NCBI GenBank assembly: GCA_023139715.1
Contig: JAGLNB010000002.1
Span: forward strand, 1-59,785
DNA length: 59,785 bases
DNA from: Planctomycetota bacterium
Lineage (GTDB): Bacteria; Planctomycetota; Phycisphaerae; Sedimentisphaerales; Anaerobacaceae
Direction: 5' to 3'
The translations under genes and the position numbers were made by a program. Positions 50,160 to 59,760 of the stretch are shown here, one piece after another (the first letter of the stretch is position 1; each line of letters starts with the position of its first letter). A model generated the notes under the pieces. That model saw only the letters and a list, made by a program, of their open reading frames with translations, had not been told where the DNA came from and searched no databases.

Positions 50160-51661
50160 TATACACTACCATCCAATGTCGTTGCAGTTCTATTGCCGTT
50201 TGAGTCTACTGTTGCTGTGATTCGGTCTTTACTGTCAGGTCCATCTCTGAACGTGATTGTGGTTGTTCCTCCACCAGATACCTTTGCACAACATGAAGCG
50301 AATATAAGCCTCATCATTTCTTCAAGGTCATATGTTCCGTCTGCAATACCTGCTTTGATGTCTGCTACAGTGATGTCGTTGAGTCCTGCTATGGCTGTAT
50401 CGGTAGTGCTATGAAGTCCTGCCGCTGTTCCTGCAACGTCTGGAACCACCTTATTCGGCGCATATAATGCCTGCGCTGTGGCCAAAGTCACGCCGTCTGT
50501 ACCTGTGATCTTATCAAGGTCAGTCTGAGCTGTAGCAAGCGCAGAGGCCAGTGCCACAGCAGCGGTTATCCTAGTTAATAGTGTATCCACGTTAGTATCT
50601 ACAGTTGCAATGGAGTGATCTAAGAAGGCCGCTTTTGCATCTGTCCAAGTAACGTCTGTAAGTGCTGTTGCTGCTAAGGCTACCGCTCCGGCTGATAAGT
50701 TGTCCAGGTATCCTGCCCTTGCTGCCGTAATCCTTGTTAGTAATGTATCTATGTTGGTGTCTGCAGTTGCAATGGAGTGGTCAATGAATGCGGCTTTAGC
50801 ATCCGTCCAAGTGACATCTGTCAGGGCTGTGGCTGCAAGTGCGGCTGAATCTGTTCCTCGCATTACATCAGATGCGACCAATAACGGTGTTGCAACATCG
50901 AATAATTTAGTGAATCCTGCTGCCAATTGTCCTGCGGTTTCAGTGAGAGCAGACCCATGAATATAAACTAAGTCAGAGAATACCACATTGTTGGTGGAGT
51001 CATACCCGTTCGATGCAAAATCCACAAGGTCAATCAGGGGTGCCGTCTGTGCGCCTAATCTAGTAACATCAACAGTTGGCTGACCTGCAACGTTTGCGGT
51101 TACGGCTGTGCCCAGCCACTGAGTGACATCAACTCCAGCTGCTAATGCAACAGCACCCCCCGACAAATTATCAAGATATCCTGCCCTCGTCGAAGTATAA
51201 TTTGTTGCAAGGGCGGCTAAATCCGTCCCCCTCATATCTGTATTTGTTGTAGTTGTAGTCACTAACGTGACAGTTCCGACTGTAACGGCACTCTGGTCTG
51301 CTGCAAGGCCGAACCCTGTCTTATCACTTACTACATTCGCGTCTACTTCGGCCTCCATCTGGAAGGTGTGTGACATAGTCCCCTCAACACTGTTCACAGT
51401 CGCAGATACATAAATTGTATAAGTCTTGCCTTTCTCCAATCCACTGGCTGCGGTCAGTTGTACCCGCTCCGAATATAACCCGGCCGTATTCACAGAATCC
51501 AACAAGGCCAGGGTACCCGTTAGTATAGGGGTAGCAGTTTCATCCTCGTATACTCGATATGACGGGGCAGCGTCAGCGTCTGTAGCGGCCCCGGTATCGA
51601 ACCTGTGGGTATTACATGCAAATGTCAGGTAGTCGTCTATTTTCCATGATCCTAAGTACAT
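50159..51661 (-). CDS. fibre / decoration-like protein with tandem repeats
   Basis: Ig-like N-terminus; Ala/Thr-rich helical repeats. Confidence 0.55.
   Translation of the reverse strand: MYLGSWKIDDYLTFACNTHRFDTGAATDADAAPSYRVYEDETATPILTGTLALLDSVNTAGLYSERVQLTAASGLEKGKTYTIYVSATVNSVEGTMSHTFQMEAEVDANVVSDKTGFGLAADQSAVTVGTVTLVTTTTTNTDMRGTDLAALATNYTSTRAGYLDNLSGGAVALAAGVDVTQWLGTAVTANVAGQPTVDVTRLGAQTAPLIDLVDFASNGYDSTNNVVFSDLVYIHGSALTETAGQLAAGFTKLFDVATPLLVASDVMRGTDSAALAATALTDVTWTDAKAAFIDHSIATADTNIDTLLTRITAARAGYLDNLSAGAVALAATALTDVTWTDAKAAFLDHSIATVDTNVDTLLTRITAAVALASALATAQTDLDKITGTDGVTLATAQALYAPNKVVPDVAGTAAGLHSTTDTAIAGLNDITVADIKAGIADGTYDLEEMMRLIFASCCAKVSGGGTTTITFRDGPDSKDRITATVDSNGNRTATTLDGSV
50558..50842 (-). 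repeat. diverged in-frame repeat, two 41-aa units spaced 54 aa apart
   Basis: ALAATALTDVTWTDAKAAF(I/L)DHSIAT(A/V)DTN(I/V)DTLLTRITAA occurs twice (aa 274-314 and 328-368). Confidence 0.8.
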
Positions 51662-51864
51662 TAGTGTACCACCATCCCGCCAAAGATTGTCGAATGAATG
51701 CCATCATAACTTAGTATCGGTGCCCCTACTCCCAACAGTGACTGTGCAGCAATGCCACGATATAAACCGGCTGCGTGTTGTTTGTCTACTCCGGAGATTG
51801 TGTTATCTGCAATTGGTAATATTCTAACAACAGACCGCCGCTTATCCTCTGAATCTATAGCCAT
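51661..51864 (-). CDS. hypothetical small protein
   Basis: SD GAGGTGAT; TAATG overlap downstream. Confidence 0.6.
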   Translation of the reverse strand: MAIDSEDKRRSVVRILPIADNTISGVDKQHAAGLYRGIAAQSLLGVGAPILSYDGIHSTIFGGMVVH

Positions 51865-51875
51865 ATCTTATCACC

Positions 51876-52988
51876 TCATGGACCCGATACCATTTCTCCT
51901 TTCGTGAACGTGGTCGCATCGTCTGATACTGTCGCTTTTGTTATGACTGTCCCGCCATCATTCTTTAGACTGAGTGTAGAACTGGTCTGTGTAACTTCGT
52001 TCCTAAAGTACATGTATAAGTACATTATTGCATCTTCCATGGTTGGGGTTGCTGCCGGGACACCCTGGGCCATTTCGGCTATGGTATCGGTCTTGATTAC
52101 GTCTGATACTTGAGCGTTTACGTCTGCTGTGGATATGTTGTTTAGTGCTGCCACGGTAGCCTCTAAAGCGCAGGCATCCAAGATAAGGTCAAGTCTTCCA
52201 CCATTCACCCAGTCACCCTGCAACTCATTGGTATCGGCTAGTATATCCGTTACATTACCCTGCACTGTGGATATCGTTGCAGGGATGTCAGTGGTTGTAT
52301 CGGCTGCTATGATATCAAGTATAAGATCTAATCTACCTCCGTTTACCCAGTCTGTTTGAAGCTCGTTGGTATCGCCAAGTATGGCATTGATATCTGCGCT
52401 GTTGTCGTTAGCAGTCTGTGCGGTTCCGTTTACCTCCTTTACATTGACGTGGAAGCCTGTTGGATCTGCCTGTGACTGTGTTTCAAAGTCATCTATTATC
52501 TTTGTGCATGCTGTAGCATTTAGATGTTCTCCTGCAATCGCGTTATCTGCAATCTTGGCTTCGGTGATTGCATCAGCATTGATTGATGCTGCGGTGATAG
52601 TATTTGCTGCAATGCTAGTTACTGTTACTTCTTTGAATCGATTCTCAATGCTGAACTGGCCGATTACTGAATTGATTGTTGCACCGTCTATGGTTGTGCC
52701 CTCAATCCTGACAAAATACTCATGACCAACCACCCAAAAACCGCCCACTGTATCATCTGATGTATCTATCTTGACCATGTGTGAGCCGGTGATTCCATCG
52801 AAGTCTACCGATACGGTGATACCAGCAGCATTGTTCCGCTGTGTCAATCCATCGTCTTTATGAATATGCACATCTGTATTGGCGAAGTTGGTAATCGTAC
52901 ACGATGCACTCGGGTCGTCCGAAGAGAATGTATTAAACATTATGTAGACTGTTGCGTCCTCTGCAAAATCTCCTAAATAAGATATCAT
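51876..52988 (-). CDS. fibre / decoration-like protein with repeats
   Basis: IL(G/A)DTNELQ(T/G)DWVNGGRLDLILD occurs twice (nt 52176-52382). Confidence 0.55.
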   Translation of the reverse strand: MISYLGDFAEDATVYIMFNTFSSDDPSASCTITNFANTDVHIHKDDGLTQRNNAAGITVSVDFDGITGSHMVKIDTSDDTVGGFWVVGHEYFVRIEGTTIDGATINSVIGQFSIENRFKEVTVTSIAANTITAASINADAITEAKIADNAIAGEHLNATACTKIIDDFETQSQADPTGFHVNVKEVNGTAQTANDNSADINAILGDTNELQTDWVNGGRLDLILDIIAADTTTDIPATISTVQGNVTDILADTNELQGDWVNGGRLDLILDACALEATVAALNNISTADVNAQVSDVIKTDTIAEMAQGVPAATPTMEDAIMYLYMYFRNEVTQTSSTLSLKNDGGTVITKATVSDDATTFTKGEMVSGP

Positions 52989-53861
52989 TTATAGCGGTCC
53001 TCCTAATGGTCCTACTAGAGGACCGTAAAATACTGATGTTGGTGATACACCTGTAGGTGGTGTCTCTTCACTTCCTGCACTGCTGAATGCTGGTTCTGGT
53101 GAATTATATTTCCGAGCAAATGACCAAGTTTGTTCACATGTACCTGTGAATGCATTCATGAATAATCCAAGTGATTCATCTGGTAAATTTGTATTCAATC
53201 CGCCTGACCCAATTTCATTATCATCGAAATACCCATATGTAGTAGTACCATCATTAGATATTTTACCACGATACCATTGATTTATAGTTAATGATGGTGC
53301 TTCCGTTACATTTGAAGTAGTACCTTCGTTACCAACGTAATGATATACAGCATTTCCTGTGGAATATGACTGTACCCTAATATTATCATCAGATAAATCT
53401 AAGACATTAGTTAATCCCCATGTTAAATTATGAGTTGCATTTGTCGATCTTACCCTTCCTTCCCATATATATGGTGATGAAATTGTAAGAGAATCTAAGA
53501 AATTAGATGATGCAGAACCATGATATTGTAAGAAGGTGTTTGCACCATTGCTGGCTGTAGTTTCCCCGGATTTACCATAATATACTCGAACATCTCTATT
53601 TGACCCAAGGTCATCATTTACTTTAACACGTACTATAATAGGATCAGCGGTTAAATCTTCAACAAAGTGATCTAATAATGTTGTGCCATCATCATCAGTT
53701 ATACGAATATCTTGTGGGAAGTTAGTGCAGTGTCCTTCTAAGTGGAAATCTCCACCTGCGCTATCACCTATCGTTAATTTGACCTGATAATCTGTGCCTG
53801 CGCCAGATTGACCAGTAATAGATATCACTTTCCAGTACGGCCAACCAGCGAGATTTCCCAT
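52989..53861 (-). CDS. DUF2341/LamG-like lectin-fold protein
   Basis: WPYWKVISITGQSGAGTDYQVKLTI..DIRITDDDGTTLLDHFVE pattern. Confidence 0.5.
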   Translation of the reverse strand: MGNLAGWPYWKVISITGQSGAGTDYQVKLTIGDSAGGDFHLEGHCTNFPQDIRITDDDGTTLLDHFVEDLTADPIIVRVKVNDDLGSNRDVRVYYGKSGETTASNGANTFLQYHGSASSNFLDSLTISSPYIWEGRVRSTNATHNLTWGLTNVLDLSDDNIRVQSYSTGNAVYHYVGNEGTTSNVTEAPSLTINQWYRGKISNDGTTTYGYFDDNEIGSGGLNTNLPDESLGLFMNAFTGTCEQTWSFARKYNSPEPAFSSAGSEETPPTGVSPTSVFYGPLVGPLGGPL

Positions 53862-53871
53862 ATATACTTCC

Positions 53872-54291
53872 TCACAATACTTCTATAGTGAATACACCCT
53901 CTGCATCCTCAGATACAATTGCATTCCTATCACTGTTGTCAGGCATAACAGCTGCAACCATGGCCTTTTGTGTAAGCTCTGATATCTCCATAATATAGCC
54001 AAATTTGATGGTGCTGTCCTCAATCTTTGACGCTATGAATGCATTTGTTCGGTCTGTAAATGTGGGATCTGGCACTGGTATATCTGGATTCGGTTCTGAA
54101 ACGCCCCAATATGCAAAATCACCCTCTGTATAGAATGTTAGGTTTAGCTTCTTGACCACATCTCCAATCTTCTCAAATACTCCGACACCCCAGACAGTAA
54201 TCCCTGCTTCGGTGTTACCTTCGTGTATTCCTGCTTCATCTACTTTATGGTATTTTGTTGCAAGTTCTGCTATTAATTCGTCTTTGTTCAT
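53872..54291 (-). CDS. hypothetical protein
   Basis: Operon position. Confidence 0.65.
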   Translation of the reverse strand: MNKDELIAELATKYHKVDEAGIHEGNTEAGITVWGVGVFEKIGDVVKKLNLTFYTEGDFAYWGVSEPNPDIPVPDPTFTDRTNAFIASKIEDSTIKFGYIMEISELTQKAMVAAVMPDNSDRNAIVSEDAEGVFTIEVL

Positions 54292-54294
54292 GAT

Positions 54295-54471
54295 CTACTC
54301 CGCATTGTCATATATCTTCTTCCCGAAATAAAAACCCAACACTATCATAGCTGGCTCTGTTGGCATGGTTATTTCCTGCTGCATAATGGCTTGATAGCCC
54401 ATTACGAATATCGTCGGGAGGACTACCCCCAACGCTATTATTTCGTCTGTGTTATCTGATAGTATACTCAT
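54295..54471 (-). CDS. small membrane protein (58 aa)
   Basis: MSILSDNTDEIIALGVVLPTIFVMGYQAIMQQEITMPTEPAMIVLGFYFGKKIYDNAE; SD GGTGA. Confidence 0.5.
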   Translation of the reverse strand: MSILSDNTDEIIALGVVLPTIFVMGYQAIMQQEITMPTEPAMIVLGFYFGKKIYDNAE

Positions 54472-54485
54472 GTGTTTTCACCTAC

Positions 54486-55790
54486 TTATATAAACTTGCC
54501 CGGGATGTTTGGATATGGAGACTTCTTATTTCCTTTTGGTTCATCAGGCATCCTTTTCACCGTAAACAGTGAGGTTGGTATAATGCCTATATCAGTACCA
54601 TACAATGCATGGATAAACTCACTATCTGCATAATGAACTCCGCCATCTTCAAGAATCCTTATACAGTCCTCTGCCATGCCTGTATCAGGGTCAATCTGTG
54701 GTTCAATGAACATTATTATTTCATCATATCCAAGTGATCCCTCGTCTGTAGCAGTAATATCATATTCGATAAATGCCACGTCTCCAGGCTGTTGGTCGCC
54801 ATATTCAACATGGACTTTAAAATCCTTACTCTCCATATCGTTAATGCAGAGGTTGTTGATTATGTTTGCATCCCTGTTGAGTGCCCAGATAATCGCACCC
54901 TCGTTGTTAATTCCTTCCCCGGTTATCCATTCTTTATTTTCGTAGTCCCAATTAACGACAAGAGGATTACTAACAATATCTTCTGCTGGGTAGAAAGTAC
55001 CAGATATGAATTCATAGCCAAAACCGTTTGGATTGTGTGGTGCTCCGATAAGTAGTTTCAGTCTTTCGGCTGCCCATGAATAGTCTGTTGGCTGATCTGG
55101 CAGGTATCCTGGCGCACCACCGATTATAAGATCATCTAAGTGATTTCCATTGAAAGGTCCCGATATTTTCATGGATACAATATCTACATCTGAATGATAC
55201 GAAAACTGTGTAAAGTTAGATGGTTTGGTTCCATCTCTGAGAATTGTAACAGTTATTTTCTCAGAATGTATACGATTGCCACGTTTATCATATAGGGTAA
55301 CATACATGTTTCCTGATGTTGTTGCTAGAAATGAGACATATCTTGTATCTTCTTTGAATACGATGTGTGTCTTCATTCCAGGTATGAACCCACCCATTAC
55401 ATCAGGTCCTGTCATTGGTGAGAATGCGCTCCTACCATTGACAACGAACACATATTCATGTGGTGTTCCGTTTGGGTAATATCCACACCAAGGATATATT
55501 CTCATATAACATCTGGTATTTCCACATGTGGATCCTCCTACTGTAACATATGATGGCCAATCACTTGTACCATATGGTTGTGTCCCGAGTACAGTCAAGA
55601 ATGTTGCGATCTCTGGGTACTGGTTGTCAAAGTCACCACAGTTTGAACCTTCCTCAAAGTCATACATCACACCTTCGATATAGTCAGGCATTACGTTACG
55701 CTGTCCAAACGGCCACTCTTCGACCTGTTCAGCAGATGACATACCACACATCATTATTATTAGAATTATTGCTATTAGTGTTTTATACAT
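54486..55790 (-). CDS. secreted protein with a degenerate NlpC/P60-like C-terminal region
   Basis: Signal peptide MYKTLIAIILIIMMCGMSSA; GINNEGAIIWAL and PGDVAFIEYD resemble the NlpC/P60 core but lack the Cys. Confidence 0.5.
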   Translation of the reverse strand: MYKTLIAIILIIMMCGMSSAEQVEEWPFGQRNVMPDYIEGVMYDFEEGSNCGDFDNQYPEIATFLTVLGTQPYGTSDWPSYVTVGGSTCGNTRCYMRIYPWCGYYPNGTPHEYVFVVNGRSAFSPMTGPDVMGGFIPGMKTHIVFKEDTRYVSFLATTSGNMYVTLYDKRGNRIHSEKITVTILRDGTKPSNFTQFSYHSDVDIVSMKISGPFNGNHLDDLIIGGAPGYLPDQPTDYSWAAERLKLLIGAPHNPNGFGYEFISGTFYPAEDIVSNPLVVNWDYENKEWITGEGINNEGAIIWALNRDANIINNLCINDMESKDFKVHVEYGDQQPGDVAFIEYDITATDEGSLGYDEIIMFIEPQIDPDTGMAEDCIRILEDGGVHYADSEFIHALYGTDIGIIPTSLFTVKRMPDEPKGNKKSPYPNIPGKFI

Positions 55791-55866
55791 TTGTTCACCG
55801 TGGCCAGTTTATGGGGTTCTTCGGATTTAACGATTTTCACTGATACCACTTCATTGAAATCTATCC

Positions 55867-56433
55867 CTAGTATCCTTGTATCGAAACTGTACCAAATCGG
55901 TCTATTTTCCAGCGTGTATCCCAGTGGAATATGACCGGTTCGTTTGTCACTTCGTCGGCACTCGCTGCAACTCTTCTAAGTCTCCATTGAATATTTTGAC
56001 CTGCAACCATTGTAGCACAATCTAGTTCAAATTGAATTATATTAGCATACCATGCATCAGTAGTTGTTAATGTCACTTCACTAGTTAAGGTTTCTTGCAC
56101 TGTATCAGGCATCACATGTAAGATATCTTCCGATTGCCATTCTATCTGAAATTTGTATTTATCTCCGATATCTTCTGCTCCAGTTGTGGCAGTTATAGCT
56201 ACAAACCAAGGGCATGTAACACCATCCCATATGTGCGGGATTCTCATCTTAAATAAAAGCTCTTCATAAGGTTTCGCCGGTGTTTCCCATATATCCATAG
56301 AATATCCAAAAAATAAACCTCTATTTATCTGTGTAGGAATGCCTTTGTCATTTGAATAATTTTCATCTAGGAAAGGATGCATTGATTTCCAGACGGGACG
56401 TATGGCTGCTCGTTGGATGAAGTTATCAGACAT
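55867..56433 (-). CDS. hypothetical structural-module protein
   Basis: ATG 56433 after GGAGTGAT; the track start at 56439 is TTG. Confidence 0.65.
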   Translation of the reverse strand: MSDNFIQRAAIRPVWKSMHPFLDENYSNDKGIPTQINRGLFFGYSMDIWETPAKPYEELLFKMRIPHIWDGVTCPWFVAITATTGAEDIGDKYKFQIEWQSEDILHVMPDTVQETLTSEVTLTTTDAWYANIIQFELDCATMVAGQNIQWRLRRVAASADEVTNEPVIFHWDTRWKIDRFGTVSIQGY

Positions 56434-56439
56434 AATCAA

Positions 56440-56820
56440 TCACTCCGAATATGTAACCTTCAAGACGCCAGATGTTGCACCAGTTCGGATTGCCTTGAAT
56501 GTGGCAATGTCTGCCGCACTGCTTAACGTAACTGTATCACCAACCTCAACTAAATGTCCTTCAGAAGATGTGGGGTTGGTGCCGTCCTTCCTAACTCTGA
56601 TTTGCGCTGTTTCAAGGGTTATCTCTGCTTTTGTTGCATTCCCATATGTACCAGATGTTAGACCAACTGCAGAATCTGCAACAGTCACAGACTCGTATCC
56701 TGATGCTTCTTGCCCTTCACCACCACCAACAAACAATGGTGTGTCCGCACTACCGCCAAGAATATTTCCATCATTATCTACGTTTTGTATCCTATGCGCT
56801 TTTGTTGCTTCTTCTGCCAT
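56440..56820 (-). CDS. head decoration-like protein
   Basis: Gly/Thr-rich beta protein; SD AGGTG. Confidence 0.5.
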   Translation of the reverse strand: MAEEATKAHRIQNVDNDGNILGGSADTPLFVGGGEGQEASGYESVTVADSAVGLTSGTYGNATKAEITLETAQIRVRKDGTNPTSSEGHLVEVGDTVTLSSAADIATFKAIRTGATSGVLKVTYSE

Positions 56821-56828
56821 CTCAACAC

Positions 56829-56987
56829 CTACTCATATATTACTGTGAGGAGTACAGTATCGCTACCCAACTGTGACTGCGCACATCCTTTCCAGGTAGT
56901 TATTGTTAAGGTTTGGATCCATGTTTCTGCGGTTCCGTCTTCCATTTCTGTTATTTTGAATCTTTTTGAATCGATAGAGTATGCCAT
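56829..56987 (-). CDS. small protein (52 aa)
   Basis: MAYSIDSKRFKITEMEDGTAETWIQTLTITTWKGCAQSQLGSDTVLLTVIYE; SD GGTGA 5 nt upstream; below the track cutoff. Confidence 0.55.
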   Translation of the reverse strand: MAYSIDSKRFKITEMEDGTAETWIQTLTITTWKGCAQSQLGSDTVLLTVIYE

Positions 56988-57001
56988 TTATATCACCGTA
57001 T

Positions 57002-57032
57002 GAAAATAAAAAGTGGTGGAATTGAATCCACC
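57002..57032 (-). terminator. hairpin plus T-run terminator inside the structural region
   Basis: GGTGGA..TCCACC stem (57015-57032) followed by ACTTTTTATTTTC on the minus strand, right after the stop of 57032..57793. Confidence 0.55.
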
Positions 57033-57793
57033 TAATTGCCCTCGTATACCATGACCTTATCAACCGTGATGGTTGGTTGTGTCGCACCGCTCGCCTTGAC
57101 AACTGCAAACATGGGCTGCAATCCATCTGTATAGTTGCTCATGTCGAATGTGGTACTCGATGCCACCCGGGTCCACGCAAGACCGTCATCACCCATATAG
57201 AATTTGATATCCGCACTATCTGTACAGTCTATCTTAATCCATTTGTGTGTGGCTGCGACCATTGTGACACCGGTTGCAGTGTCATCATTGTCGTTGGTTC
57301 CATCATCGGTTTCTACAACTGGCGTCATGTTGGCGACCAGTCGAACCCATGCATGTGCTGCACTTGAATCCAATGTGTCGTTCCATGCTGCACCAAGTCC
57401 AATTACTACACCTTCGTTTGTAGTAATAGCAGAAGTGGCAAACCTAGCAACCATTACAGGGCCATTGTCTATATCAAATTCAAGCACGTCATTGAAATCA
57501 TATCCACACACTTCTGCCTCGTCATTGGTGGCTAGTGTACACAGAACAACATGCGTTCCATCGACTGGTGCGTGTGTTGGTGCACCCGCTGAAGATGTGT
57601 CATTAAGTGTCCATGCTGCCCCAATATCTGATCCATGAAAATCATCATAGAACCCATCCATTTGTCGTTGCATGGAATCTAATATTTCAATCAATGAAGT
57701 ATGCTTTCGGTCCACGTTACCTATGAGTGGGCAGGGGGCGTTTGCCCCCACTTGTACATCTGACAAGGCCACTCCACCTGCATCATATGACAT
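57032..57793 (-). CDS. hypothetical structural protein (lectin/jelly-roll-like)
   Basis: SD GGAGTGAT. Confidence 0.6.
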   Translation of the reverse strand: MSYDAGGVALSDVQVGANAPCPLIGNVDRKHTSLIEILDSMQRQMDGFYDDFHGSDIGAAWTLNDTSSAGAPTHAPVDGTHVVLCTLATNDEAEVCGYDFNDVLEFDIDNGPVMVARFATSAITTNEGVVIGLGAAWNDTLDSSAAHAWVRLVANMTPVVETDDGTNDNDDTATGVTMVAATHKWIKIDCTDSADIKFYMGDDGLAWTRVASSTTFDMSNYTDGLQPMFAVVKASGATQPTITVDKVMVYEGN

Positions 57794-57799
57794 TTTATA

Positions 57800-58279
57800 T
57801 CACTCCGATGTAGTCTTGGTTGCCACAAGACCAGAACATCTGCCAACGTCAGCACTTGCCAAAACAATGCTGTTCAGATTAAACATTATTGCATTGTCCA
57901 GGTGTATTGCAGCAGTTGTCCCCAGTGCACCACGTCTACATGTGATTACAGTCGAAGAATACTCAGACACTTCTATGATCTCATTGTCTACTTTCATGTA
58001 GAAATGTGTGCCTGTTGCGGGCCACTGTGCCACGGTTGCTCCGTCAAATGTGATAGTAGTCGCGGCTGCAGTGATGTCAGAGCCATCATTTATCACACCA
58101 ACAGCATAGGTGGCCGTTTCAGTCAATCCTGCTTCGGTTTTGAAATAGTACCAAAACGCAGGGTATGTCAATTCAATCCAATCGTTCTGGGTGACTTTTT
58201 CGACTTCGATCATCCTGACATCGATGTTATCATTCGCAGTGCCGTAATCACTGACTGGTGTTAGTAATGCTACTGCCAT
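57800..58279 (-). CDS. hypothetical head-associated protein
   Basis: Immediately downstream of the major capsid gene. Confidence 0.6.
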   Translation of the reverse strand: MAVALLTPVSDYGTANDNIDVRMIEVEKVTQNDWIELTYPAFWYYFKTEAGLTETATYAVGVINDGSDITAAATTITFDGATVAQWPATGTHFYMKVDNEIIEVSEYSSTVITCRRGALGTTAAIHLDNAIMFNLNSIVLASADVGRCSGLVATKTTSE

Positions 58280-58281
58280 GA

Positions 58282-59331
58282 TTAATCACATCCGTACAAT
58301 TGACCCATGCCTTCAGGGAACTTGTTGATCAAAGTCATGTAGACCTTCAGGAAGAACTTGTTTGAATCTGTGGTCTGTGCCAGCCTCTGGAAAGTGATAT
58401 CTTGCAATACCCTCTGTTCCAAGAAGTTGGTATTTACACACAGAATCCTTCTTGCGTCTGCGGTTGTAGGCATGAACTGTGATACTATCAATGGGAGTTC
58501 ACCCACAACAGTATTAATGCTCAGTGCCTGCAGACCCCATGCAACCTTTGTATATGGATTGCTGTACCTGATACTGTTTATGATCTGGTTCTTGAGGTTC
58601 GATGCAGTATACGGATCTGTTATGAGCAGATTCGGAGCGCCCTTGTCAACGAAGCAGTCATTGACCAGAGTGTCAACATCTTCGAGTGTTGGGATTTCCC
58701 CGCTCATGTCAGTCGTGTTTGCTGTCAACAGTTCGATAAGACCGTCGGGCTGATACTGGTTTGTGGTATTATTACCGTTAATCAGCGCCTCTTCAATTGT
58801 CTCGTTGAGTTCCTGCGTTTTGGTCATCACTGCCCGGCGCATAGTAGATTCGAAGTGTGCACCGCCGATTTCAGCGACACCTGTGACACGACCTGTGATC
58901 CTACAATACCTGATCGTGGAACTTGCCAGTTCTTCAGTGTCGTCAGTCTCGGTAAGAGTTGGGTCTTCTTTACCCCATGCAGCAGCACCCCTTCCGGTCA
59001 GCCTGTAGTAGTTCGCTGTTATGCCGGTATTGGTCACTTTCGGAACCAGTGCTTTGATTGGTGTAAATCTTCGAGTGATATCTACAACACCAGAATCATA
59101 CGCCAATGGCATCGGGACATAGCCAGATGCACCAGACGAAGCGCCTACATTGGCAGCCTTCCCGAAGGTTTCAACGTGCCAGTCGTAGACTGTCTTCGCC
59201 ATGTCAGGGAAATATTCCTGCGCTGGCTGTAGTGGTCCTTCATACATTGTGTGGTTCGGGAGGTCACCGAATGAAGACTTGTATATACTGGCCTCATCGA
59301 TCTCACCCGGAGCCATGAATGTTCCACCCAT
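58282..59331 (-). CDS. major capsid protein (HK97-fold candidate)
   Basis: 349 aa directly after the scaffold gene; SD CAGGAGG. Confidence 0.75.
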   Translation of the reverse strand: MGGTFMAPGEIDEASIYKSSFGDLPNHTMYEGPLQPAQEYFPDMAKTVYDWHVETFGKAANVGASSGASGYVPMPLAYDSGVVDITRRFTPIKALVPKVTNTGITANYYRLTGRGAAAWGKEDPTLTETDDTEELASSTIRYCRITGRVTGVAEIGGAHFESTMRRAVMTKTQELNETIEEALINGNNTTNQYQPDGLIELLTANTTDMSGEIPTLEDVDTLVNDCFVDKGAPNLLITDPYTASNLKNQIINSIRYSNPYTKVAWGLQALSINTVVGELPLIVSQFMPTTADARRILCVNTNFLEQRVLQDITFQRLAQTTDSNKFFLKVYMTLINKFPEGMGQLYGCD

Positions 59332-59332
59332 G

Positions 59333-59734
59333 TTATTTGCCTCCTGCTTCAGGGAATGCTGTATGGAATATACCCTTCATCACATCGATTTTCTGGGGTT
59401 TGCCATCTCCAACATCCTGGATGCCTTTCATCATCGGCATGTTTTCGATTGTTTCAACCTGCTTTTGGATGGTCACTATTGTTTTTGCCATCTCATCAAC
59501 AGTGCTCTTTTCCACAGGGTTAGGCTTCTCTGCCTCTGCCATCTTCTGAATCGTAGGTGCAAGTTCATTTACCTGCCCTTTGAGTTCAGTGACGGTATCA
59601 GACATCTTATCGAAGTCCGCCTGCGATGCGCTAGGAATCTGTTCTTTAAACAGTTCCTCTACCTTTGTCAATTTCTCAAAGAGAGCATCATATTCACCTT
59701 TGGAAATTGACTCTTTTGGTTTGTTCTCTGCCAT
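59333..59734 (-). CDS. scaffolding protein
   Basis: 133-aa charged coiled-coil protein between protease and MCP; SD AAGGAG. Confidence 0.7.
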   Translation of the reverse strand: MAENKPKESISKGEYDALFEKLTKVEELFKEQIPSASQADFDKMSDTVTELKGQVNELAPTIQKMAEAEKPNPVEKSTVDEMAKTIVTIQKQVETIENMPMMKGIQDVGDGKPQKIDVMKGIFHTAFPEAGGK

Positions 59735-59760
59735 ATGTTTATGCTCCTTGGTAGGATATC

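Noticed and set aside
56863-57126. 87-aa minus-strand track ORF
   Set aside because: It overlaps the 3' end of 57032..57793 and runs through the terminator hairpin. The SD-supported 52-aa ORF 56829..56987 in another frame explains the gap better.
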